DNA of 64,000 nucleotides from a virus: IMG/VR virus record IMGVR_UViG_3300037493_005727, positions 5,091 to 69,090 of that record; one strand, 5' to 3'. Shown piece by piece: positions 16,320 to 24,700 of this stretch (position 1 is its first letter; each line of letters starts with the position of its first letter). The notes under the pieces were generated by a model. It saw only the letters and a program-made list of their open reading frames with translations, ran no database searches and was not told where the DNA came from. The position numbers and the translations under genes were made by a program.

Positions 16320-16673
16320 GTGAAGACCGTGCTGGTCGTCGACGACGACAAACTCATTCGCAGGCTGGTGCACGACGCCCTGGTCAAGCGCGGAGACTTC
16401 ACCGTCCTGGAGGCGGAAGACGGCCTAGACGGGGTTGCGCGATTCATGTTGCACGCGCCCGACGTCCTCATCACAGACGTCTCTATGCCCAATAGCGACG
16501 GGCTCGAGATGCTGGACGTTCTCCAAAAAGGAGGCCTCCTCAAAGGCGTCCGCGTCGTCATCATGTCCGGCGTGCTCAACGTGTCAGAGATCAAAGAGAA
16601 GCACGCCGGTAAGGCAGCGTTACTGAGTAAACCGTTCAGCTTGCATGAACTGTACGCTGCGGTGGAAGGGTGA
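16320..16673 (+). CDS. stand-alone response-regulator receiver (CheY-like REC) domain protein
   Basis: GTG start giving MKTVLVVDDDKLIRRLVHDALVKRGDFTVLEAEDGLDGVARFMLHAPDVLITDVSMPNSDGLEMLDVLQ...VVIMSGVLNVSEIKEKHAGKAALLSKPFSLHELYAAVEG. DD pair, phospho-acceptor D (ITDVSMP), T/S and K (SKPF) all present. Upstream in-frame part of the 263-aa ORF looks non-coding. Confidence 0.7.
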   Translation: MKTVLVVDDDKLIRRLVHDALVKRGDFTVLEAEDGLDGVARFMLHAPDVLITDVSMPNSDGLEMLDVLQKGGLLKGVRVVIMSGVLNVSEIKEKHAGKAALLSKPFSLHELYAAVEG

Positions 16674-16676
16674 AGC

Positions 16677-16952
16677 ATGCGGCGCACGAAGCGACTTGGG
16701 GCGGGGGAAGAAAAGGTGAAGAAGATCACCATCAAGCGACTGCCACGGAAGACATCGTTCGTCGTGCAGTACGCTGACGGCCGTCGAATCGAAACCTCGT
16801 ACGTAGAGATACAAGGACATGCTACGGTTTACCTGGACTCAGGAACCAAAGAGCCCACCATCCGAACTGAGGCGAACGTGAGCCTGGGACAGGCAGTCGG
16901 AACATGCGCGGTGTGCGGAGGCGACACGGATGACCAGCACGCCCATGCTTGA
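16677..16952 (+). CDS. hypothetical protein
   Basis: 91-aa ORF directly after the REC gene. Confidence 0.4.
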   Translation: MRRTKRLGAGEEKVKKITIKRLPRKTSFVVQYADGRRIETSYVEIQGHATVYLDSGTKEPTIRTEANVSLGQAVGTCAVCGGDTDDQHAHA

Positions 16953-18372
16953 CCGATTCAAGATCGCCAAGCTTACGACGAAACTCAAACCTCACCAGCA
17001 GCGAGTGGTTGATCGGATGGAAGAGGAGGACCAGCCAGGACTGGTAGCGGCTCACGGCTTGGGCTCGGGCAAAACGCTGACTAGCCTCGCGGTGCAGGAT
17101 GCCCTCGGACTCCCCGCGGATGTCGTTGCCCCCGCGGCTCTTCTGGCAAACTACAAGAAAGAGATCAAAGCGCACACCAGCAAAGGGCCGCGCACGGATG
17201 TTCAAAGTCTTGAAGGAGTCGCTCGCACGGGCGGGGCGGGCCTCAAGAATCCTCTTCTCGTGGTGGACGAAGCGCACCGCATCCGAAACGCCGGTAAGGC
17301 GCGAACGGGGCTCAAAGAGTCTCCGTCAAAGAAGCGCCTCGCGCTTACAGGATCCTTGCTCTACAACCATCCGTCCGATGTCGCGGGGCCCATCAACTTC
17401 GTAGCGGGTAAGTCGGTGCTCCCGGAGGACCCCGACGAATTTACGCGGCGATTCCTGCAAGACGTCCCAATGAGTCGGAGTCTGTGGGAGCGCTTCCGCG
17501 GAACGCCCGCGTCGTACCAAACGCGCCTCAATCCTCGATCTCTGGGCGCGCTTCAAACCGCCCTGGACAAGTACGTCGACTACCACCCGGGGAGCAAAGA
17601 AAACTTCCCTACGCGAGAAGATCAGACCATCCGCGTCCCCATGTCGAACAAGCAGATGCAGCTGTACGAAAGCGCGGAGAAGACACAGCCCGGCTGGCTC
17701 CGTAAGAAGGTCTTGCTGAACCTCCCGCCCACTCGAGCGGAAGCGAAACAACTGAACGCGTTCCTCGCGGGTGGGCGCCAAGTTGCGAACACCACGCAAG
17801 GATTTGACGCAGCCCTTACCCCCCCGCACCAACCGAAAATCGACCGAGCTGTTTCAGAACTCCAGAGCATGCTGGAGAAAAATCCACGCGCCAAAGCCAT
17901 CGTCTACTCTCACTACTTGGAGTCGGGGATCTCTCCCTACAAGAAGAAGCTTGAGGAGCTCAACATCCCGCACGGATCATTCACAGGGGACATGCCTCGG
18001 GGTGAGCGGGAACAGATGGTGAAGGACTACAACGCCGGGAAACTCAAAGCGCTGCTCCTCTCCAGCGCTGGCGGAGAAGGTCTAGATCTCAAGGGTACTC
18101 GCCTGATTCAACTTCTAGAACCGCACTGGAATCAAGAGAAGTTGAAGCAGGTCATTGGGCGCGGTATTCGATACAAGAGCCACGCGGCGCTCCCAGAAAA
18201 CGAGCGGAACGTACTGGTTCAGCGCTACCTCGCCACTCGAGCTCCCTACGGGATGATGGAACGTCTGAAGCTCAGGAAGCCGGGATACGGCGTTGATGAG
18301 TACCTGGACGAAATGGGCGCTCGCAAAGAGCAGCTGAACACACAGGTTCGCAGTCTGCTTCAAGAGCGATAA
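16930..18372 (+). CDS. SNF2-family (SF2) helicase/ATPase
   Basis: Walker A GLGSGKT, DEAH (VVDEAHRIRN), motif III LALTGSLLYN, helicase-C motifs SSAGGEGLDL and VIGRGIRYKSH. Confidence 0.7.
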   Translation: MTSTPMLDRFKIAKLTTKLKPHQQRVVDRMEEEDQPGLVAAHGLGSGKTLTSLAVQDALGLPADVVAPAALLANYKKEIKAHTSKGPRTDVQSLEGVARTGGAGLKNPLLVVDEAHRIRNAGKARTGLKESPSKKRLALTGSLLYNHPSDVAGPINFVAGKSVLPEDPDEFTRRFLQDVPMSRSLWERFRGTPASYQTRLNPRSLGALQTALDKYVDYHPGSKENFPTREDQTIRVPMSNKQMQLYESAEKTQPGWLRKKVLLNLPPTRAEAKQLNAFLAGGRQVANTTQGFDAALTPPHQPKIDRAVSELQSMLEKNPRAKAIVYSHYLESGISPYKKKLEELNIPHGSFTGDMPRGEREQMVKDYNAGKLKALLLSSAGGEGLDLKGTRLIQLLEPHWNQEKLKQVIGRGIRYKSHAALPENERNVLVQRYLATRAPYGMMERLKLRKPGYGVDEYLDEMGARKEQLNTQVRSLLQER

Positions 18373-18378
18373 AAGCGC

Positions 18379-18696
18379 TTGACGCTGATATACAAATGGC
18401 CTAAGAAGGCACCTCCTCGCGGTACCTTGGGAGTGCCTATGTGGATGCCGGTAGCACGTGGTGACTTTCCTTTCTGGGCTCTGGACCTGAACTCTTTGTG
18501 GCAGCACAAAACCGGGAACTGGCTTTCGAGCCGCGTGACCTCCTATTCAACGCTCTGGGAACTCCGGGCGGAAGACGGACGAGTCATCACCAACCAATTG
18601 GAGCTCCCCTTCCGGGAAGGGCTCGACGGCGCTCCCGTGTCTTGGGCGAATCTCGAGCTTCAGAGAGAGCGGGGGAGCGCCAATGCTCAGCCCTGA
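18379..18696 (+). CDS. hypothetical Trp-rich protein
   Basis: 105-aa ORF. Confidence 0.4.
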   Translation: MTLIYKWPKKAPPRGTLGVPMWMPVARGDFPFWALDLNSLWQHKTGNWLSSRVTSYSTLWELRAEDGRVITNQLELPFREGLDGAPVSWANLELQRERGSANAQP

Positions 18697-18883
18697 TGAA
18701 AAGCTGCGACGAGCCGCCATGAGCTTCGGCGCTTGGAGAGAGAGAGCTCACAAATCAAAAACACCAGCAGATAGGATCAAGTTCATACACGCAGAGAACG
18801 CTCTAGGATCAGCTGCCCAAGCGTTCTTTGAAGCGGTCGAGAAGGAGCGGCGCCATGACAAAGGAAGAGGAAGCAAAAGCTAG
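18683..18883 (+). CDS. hypothetical protein
   Basis: 66-aa ORF. Confidence 0.35.
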   Translation: MLSPDEKLRRAAMSFGAWRERAHKSKTPADRIKFIHAENALGSAAQAFFEAVEKERRHDKGRGSKS

Positions 18884-19064
18884 ATCGCGCGCTGCTTGGA
18901 GAGCATGGTATAGACGGCACCACGCAGAAGCTAAGACCTACTACCGAGAGAGGTACGCAGAGAAGCTGAAGAACGAGACACCAAAGGAGCGTGAACTGCG
19001 ATTGGCGCGGGCACGCGAACACCAGAAGAAGTACGCAAGTCGTCGAAAGAAAATCAAGGAGTGA
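18855..19064 (+). CDS. hypothetical basic protein
   Basis: AAGGAG RBS 7 nt before ATG 18855; 69-aa Arg/Lys-rich helical protein. Confidence 0.4.
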   Translation: MTKEEEAKARSRAAWRAWYRRHHAEAKTYYRERYAEKLKNETPKERELRLARAREHQKKYASRRKKIKE

Positions 19065-19067
19065 CAC

Positions 19068-19559
19068 ATGTTCGTCGTTCTAGATCTGGACTCAACCCTC
19101 GCAGACATTTCCCACCGGGCACATCACGTGGAAAAAACTCCCAAGGACTGGGACGCCTTCTTCTCCCCCGACTTGGTCATCAAGGATAAGGTAGTTCCTG
19201 GGGTGGCTCGGGTGCTCACCCACTTCACAGAGCTGAAGTACGACATCCTCATCTTGACGGGGCGGAATGAAGATCTCCGAGACACGACGATGCGCTGGCT
19301 ACACGAGAACCTGGACATCGCGGTTCCAGACAGCAGCCTGCTGATGCGTCCGAACGGGAACATGCTCAACGCCGGGGAATACAAGCGGGAGCAGCTCCTC
19401 AACTACCGGCAGGGACTTGAAAACAAGGACGTCTCATTCCTGATCATCGACGATGATCCCGAGGTTAGTGCCACCCTCAAGGACTTCGGAGTAGTGCTCA
19501 AGGCCCCCGAGTGCTGGAAGATGCTGTTCCCGATTCCCGAGGTCGCCGCCGCGGAGTAG
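19068..19559 (+). CDS. HAD-superfamily phosphatase (polynucleotide 3'-phosphatase-like)
   Basis: Motif I VVLDLDSTLA (DxDxT), motif II ILTGR, motif III K, motif IV IIDDD. The size (163 aa) and motif arrangement are consistent with a PNK-type 3'-phosphatase or nucleotidase domain. Confidence 0.6.
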   Translation: MFVVLDLDSTLADISHRAHHVEKTPKDWDAFFSPDLVIKDKVVPGVARVLTHFTELKYDILILTGRNEDLRDTTMRWLHENLDIAVPDSSLLMRPNGNMLNAGEYKREQLLNYRQGLENKDVSFLIIDDDPEVSATLKDFGVVLKAPECWKMLFPIPEVAAAE

Positions 19560-19577
19560 TGGCCCTATATTCGCGAC

Positions 19578-20192
19578 ATGCCGCTCACCGGGGTCTGTGC
19601 CTGGAAGGAAAAAGGCCTCTCCCCGGAGGAGCGGATCGACAGGTTTTTCAATCTGATTGATCACGCTGTAGAAGGAGGCATCGCTCTCAGCGAACTGTAC
19701 AGCCGGAAACACGTGAAAGACTTTCTCCTTTACACCTTGCACCAGCAAGGCGCTTTTTGTAAAACGCCTACCTCAACCCGTTCGAAGGATCACCAAATGC
19801 CCAAGCTCACCCTGACCAGCACTTTCGCATCATCCGTCGTCGTTGGGGATCCTGGGATCCTCGTCGTGACCCTCCCTCCGAAAGAGACCCGCGTAGTTGA
19901 TGCCTCTCCGGAGCAAATCACTCAGCTGACTCCCCAGCTCGAGAAGCTGAAGTCCGTGGGATGGCTCACCTACTCCGTGGGCGCAGTAGCTGCGGCGCCT
20001 GTCCAGGTCGTCGAAACAGTGAAGATCGAAGCCACTCCGGCAGCGCCGCCTGCTCCTGAGCCGACCCCGGAGCCCGCGCCTGAGGCTCCTGAGCCGACCC
20101 CGGAGCCCACGCCTGAGGCTCCTGAGGCCCCCGCCGCGCCTGAGGCCCCCGCCGCGCCGAAGCCGTCGACCTTCGGTAAGCGGAATCGGTAG
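19578..20192 (+). CDS. hypothetical protein with C-terminal PEPTPEAPEAP low-complexity tandem repeat
   Basis: 204 aa. C-terminus encoded by the tandem DNA repeat below. Confidence 0.45.
   Translation: MPLTGVCAWKEKGLSPEERIDRFFNLIDHAVEGGIALSELYSRKHVKDFLLYTLHQQGAFCKTPTSTRSKDHQMPKLTLTSTFASSVVVGDPGILVVTLPPKETRVVDASPEQITQLTPQLEKLKSVGWLTYSVGAVAAAPVQVVETVKIEATPAAPPAPEPTPEPAPEAPEPTPEPTPEAPEAPAAPEAPAAPKPSTFGKRNR
20055..20156 (+). repeat. in-frame tandem repeat (2 x 33 nt, then 2 x 18 nt) encoding (PEPTPEPAPEA)2(PEAPAA)2
   Basis: cctgagccgaccccggagcccgcgcctgaggct repeated with one mismatch, followed by cctgaggcccccgccgcg twice. Confidence 0.7.
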
Positions 20193-20228
20193 TCGTAGAA
20201 GGGCTCAACTCCATCTATACTGCGGGGC

Positions 20229-20666
20229 ATGAGCCCTTCCATCACCATGGCTTACGAGGCCGGTCGACGCCATGCGTTGACCGCCTTCGCCATCGAAAAA
20301 AACGCTGGAGTACTCGGCAAGGTTGTCGGGGGGATCGGCAAAGCCATGAAGTGGGTCGGTCGGGCAGCCGGGACCGTTCCGGCGTTTGGGACCGCGGCGA
20401 ACGCGGCCATAGGCGGGGCTGGCGGACTCGCTGAAGGCTTGGCGAATCAAGGGATGACCCGGAAGGGGCTGACTGAGGGCCTGGCCCGAGCCGGGACAAA
20501 CATCGCCACGGGCTCTATCCCCGGAGGCGCCGGAATCGCCGCGGGACTCGCCGGTGACGTTGCGATGGACAAGATGTTCGCGCAGAAGGCCCCCGCAGGG
20601 CCTCAGCCACAACACCTGCCGGGGATGATGGGTTCCGGCGCGCACCTTCCTGGGCAGACGATCTGA
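20229..20666 (+). CDS. Gly/Ala-rich protein (possible virion internal protein)
   Basis: 145-aa ORF. Confidence 0.45.
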   Translation: MSPSITMAYEAGRRHALTAFAIEKNAGVLGKVVGGIGKAMKWVGRAAGTVPAFGTAANAAIGGAGGLAEGLANQGMTRKGLTEGLARAGTNIATGSIPGGAGIAAGLAGDVAMDKMFAQKAPAGPQPQHLPGMMGSGAHLPGQTI

Positions 20667-21142
20667 TGTCCTTCGCCCAACGCGCCTACCTAGCGGGGAG
20701 CGACGACGCCAAGGTGGCGTTTCTGGGAGAGCTCTACCGGAAGCACATCAAAGGGGAGACGGGCCCTCTTCTCGGATCCCTCCTCACCGAGGATCCTCTC
20801 AGCGCCGGACTCGCGGGCGCTGCCGGACAAGCCATAGACACCCCACCAGGCGGGTCAAAGATTCTGCGAAGCCTTGGTGTCGGTGGCGGGGCTGCTCTCG
20901 CTAACGCTCTCGTCAACCCCGTCGCGAACATCGTAGCGACGGCGGTGGTGTCCGCTCTCGGACTTCCTATCCGAGCCCCGGTCTTTTCTGCGGGGAAGAT
21001 GCCCAACGTAGGCTGGCTCCTCAAAGACACCTTGCGTATGCTCCCCACCGGGGCAGCTCAAATGTTCGCGGCGTCCAAAGGAAGAGACGCGGCGGAGCAT
21101 GTTGAAAAATTCCTAAAGACCAAAGGTACGAGGATCCCATGA
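20666..21142 (+). CDS. hypothetical Gly/Ala-rich protein
   Basis: 158 aa; start overlaps the previous stop (ATGA). Confidence 0.45.
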   Translation: MSFAQRAYLAGSDDAKVAFLGELYRKHIKGETGPLLGSLLTEDPLSAGLAGAAGQAIDTPPGGSKILRSLGVGGGAALANALVNPVANIVATAVVSALGLPIRAPVFSAGKMPNVGWLLKDTLRMLPTGAAQMFAASKGRDAAEHVEKFLKTKGTRIP

Positions 21143-21699
21143 TGATCAAGGAATGCACCTGCAAGAACGGCAAAAAGAACCCAAAGTGCCCGGCGTGTTC
21201 GAAGGGCGACGTCAACCTCGACAGCTTCCACAAGCTCAACCCCGAGGCCAAGCCGAAGACCGCGGAGCAGTTCAAGCTTTCCTTCGCCATGAGTCCTGGA
21301 ATGACGCGGGCGATGCAGGTCGGCGGGGCGGGGCTGAAGGGGGCCCTTCCCGGGGCGCTCACTGGGGCAGCGTTGGGCTTCCTCTCCGCTCCTGAGGGCC
21401 AGGGTGCGGCGGGAGCCGCGAGAGGAGCTGCCTACGGCGGACTCGCCACCGGGGGAGCCGCTGCACTGAACCACGGAATGATGACAGGCACGAGTGGCCT
21501 TGCTCAGGACTACCAACAGGTACGCGGGCATGAAAAAGCGCACAAGAGCACGAAAGCTCGCGCGCAAAACGTTGAGTACATTCGGCAGCGGAACACCAAC
21601 GCCGCCAACGCCGCCGCCGCAGCGCCCGCGGAAGCGCCCAAGGCTGCGATGTACTACGAGTTCGGGAAGCGCGCCGCCATCGCAGACTTTGATCTCTGA
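21139..21699 (+). CDS. hypothetical protein with N-terminal CxC...CxxC cluster and Gly/Ala-rich core
   Basis: 186-aa ORF. Confidence 0.45.
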   Translation: MMIKECTCKNGKKNPKCPACSKGDVNLDSFHKLNPEAKPKTAEQFKLSFAMSPGMTRAMQVGGAGLKGALPGALTGAALGFLSAPEGQGAAGAARGAAYGGLATGGAAALNHGMMTGTSGLAQDYQQVRGHEKAHKSTKARAQNVEYIRQRNTNAANAAAAAPAEAPKAAMYYEFGKRAAIADFDL

Positions 21700-21705
21700 G
21701 GCCTC

Positions 21706-24700
21706 ATGCCTTTCAAAAGCGAAGCCCAGCGTCGGTTGTTCCACATCAAAGCCGACAAAGGGGAGATCTCAAAAGAAACAGTGAGCGAGTGGGAGCACGC
21801 CACGAAGAACAAGAAGAAGCTCCCCATGCATGTGAAGAAGGCGCATGCCGCTGAGAGTCAGCCTATGTCTGACGGTAACGACTACGACCAGGGAGCCGCT
21901 GCGGCGCTGACGCTGTTCAGTAAGGCTGCGAACATGGGCCCTCCGGCGACCGGGACACATATCCCCACGGTGAACCCTGCTCCGGTAATAGGAAGCGCCG
22001 CGACGCAGGCAGTGACCAACATTCACCCGATGGCGCACCGGGCTGCGCACGCCCTGGTGGGCGGAACCACGGGGGCCATCTTGAACGCAGCCATGGCGCC
22101 CTCAGGAGATCGTCTTCGGCAGGGAGGCATCGGATTCGTGTCCGACGCTGTCGGTAGTGCCTTGGGCCCCTGGGGCATGCTGGCGAGTCCTCTCCTCAAC
22201 ATGGCACTACAGCACGTGACTGCGCCCAAGCAGGAAGAGAAGCGCGCGGATCACGCCGATGACCGGTTGAAGGAGCGGATCAAGACAGAATTTCCCCCGG
22301 ACGCCTTGGCTAAGCTCAGGGCGCAGGCGAAGGGGCTTGAGCTCGCTCCCGGCCGGTACTACCTTCCGATGAAAGACAAGGCGGGGAACACCGCCGCTAT
22401 CGCAGCCTTCAAGACAGTGGGCCCCAAGGATCAGTTGGTCCTCGCGACGGTTCTGGCCCCGAAGAAGAACCCGCCTCCAGGGACCTCTCTCTCGCACCTG
22501 ATGAAGCAGCCGATGGGCTCTCAGGTGGCTAAGATCAACGCGTCCCCGAAGCAGTACATCATCCGAAAGGGCGCGGACGGCCGGTACACCTGCACCTGCA
22601 AGAGCTTCAAGTTCCATCACCGCGGCGCGGGAACGAACTGCAAGCACATCAACGAGCACCTCGGGATCACCAAAGAGGCTGCGAACAAGATGGAGCAGTT
22701 CCTCCTCAACCAAGGGACGATCAACGATCCGCAGAAAGCGAGGCTCCGCGAACAGTTCGGACGGACTACCGCGAAACCGGGTGTACGCAGTAAAGCGCTC
22801 GCCAGCCAAGCTCTAGCGCTGGAGCCTGGCGCGATGAAAGATACGTCGCTCAAGGCTCTCCGCGGCCTGATGCAGACGCCGCACTACCCGGACCAGAAGA
22901 GCCTCGAGCGGACTCGTCGGATCAACGAGCTGTCCCTCACGCCAAAGCTGAAGCAGATGCAGGGGAGGAGTCTCGACGCGAACTACTGGAAGGACAAGGA
23001 CCCCACCTTCTTCTACGACTCGAAGAAGCGATTCGCGACGCCGGGGGAGTACCGAGCGAAGTCTCTTCGGCTAGGAGAAGAGACGGCTCCGACGGGACTC
23101 CGCGCTGAGCACGTTCTTCGCGCGGCCACTGCGAGAAAGCCTGTCGAAACAAAGCTGTCCCCTGCCCAGGGGGATCTCGTCATGTACCCTGACGCGCTGA
23201 AGGTACAGCGTGCTCGCTTGAACAAGCAGCGTGGAACGCCGAACCAGACAAAGCCTTGGGACGCTACCGAGATGCGGCAGACGCTCGAGCACGAAGGTGG
23301 CGAGCGGACGATGGTGCTGGAGGGCGTCCGCCGAGGGAAGCCGACGGCGCCATACTCATCACACTGGGGCTCCGACGCAGACGTGGCCGCCAATCTGATC
23401 GCCGCAAAGGACCCCAAGAGCACGTGGACCCCGGACAATCCGGATTCGTTCATCGAACAGAATCACTTCGACCGCTTGTACAAACAGATGGGAGGTACTC
23501 GCGGATCCCCGATCCCGGTGGATAGCCGTCAAAGTCGGGCGCTGAGCCGAAGGATCGGCGACGTCATGGCACAGGCGCCGCTCAACGCGGAAACGAAACA
23601 CGATCTCTCCTCCGCTCTGGAAGGTGGAATCGCCGGTATGCCTCTCCATCCGAAACTAGAGAAGCGCCTGATGCGCGACTACTCGCTCCTCCGCCCTGAT
23701 GAGGCGAAAGCGCCAGAAGTACCCCAGGCAGAGAAAAGCCAGCGCGCCTTGGAGACGCTCAAGAAGCGGACGCGCATGTCTTCGGAGAAGACGTCCGAAG
23801 AAAAGATCGCCATCATGGACCCGCACCACAAAGCCTTGGCGGCCCTAGGAACAGGGGCCGCGCTCGGGGGCCTTGGCGGGTACGCCCTCCAGAAGTACCG
23901 ACAGAGCCGCCAAAAGGAAGAAGGGAAGCCGGAAGAAGAGCAGTCGTCTCCTCTGGCTGGAGCCGCGGGAGGGATGCTCGGAGGAGCGCTCACCGGGGGC
24001 CTGGCGAATTCTCTGTTCGCTACGTCACCGGACGTTCTCCCGAACATCCACCGGCAGGGGCTCTCCCCGGAAGAATACGCGGCGCTTCAACAGAAGCACG
24101 AGCAATACAAGAAAAACCTCAACGAGAAGGGCGTCTGGACGAACACGTACCACAAGCGGATCGCGATCCCTAAGTCCGAACTGTCTGAGTCTCAGATCCG
24201 TGCGCTGGGATACCATCCGGTGGTCGTCGCCGTTCCCGAGGGGGGCCAAGACCGGTTCACCTCGTTCCGCAACACCTCGACGGCGCATCACATCCACTCA
24301 CATCCCGAGCACTGGACGATGCACGAGGATGAACATCCTTCGACAACGATGTTGATGGCCCGAAACGTTCCAGCGGCAGAGCGGGCCAAAGCCCTCGTCA
24401 CGGGCCTGCCGCACATCTTGACCGAGGGTGTTCCCGGCGTTGCCACCTACCTTCGTGGAGGCCTGGGCCGTGCCTTCAACACGTTCATGGGCTACGACGA
24501 CGCATCGGCGATGGTCCCGCGGATCAAACACGAAATGCAGCACGGGACGACGGCCCCGACTGGGTTCGTCCGCCAGCTACAGATGCTCCGCGGGATGAAG
24601 AAGAAGGCGAGCTACGCCCCCATGCCTGCTCTCCCCGAGGAGGAGCCGCAGGCCGTGGAGCAGAGTCCGGGCCCTGAGAAGGAGAAGAAAACGTCGTGGT

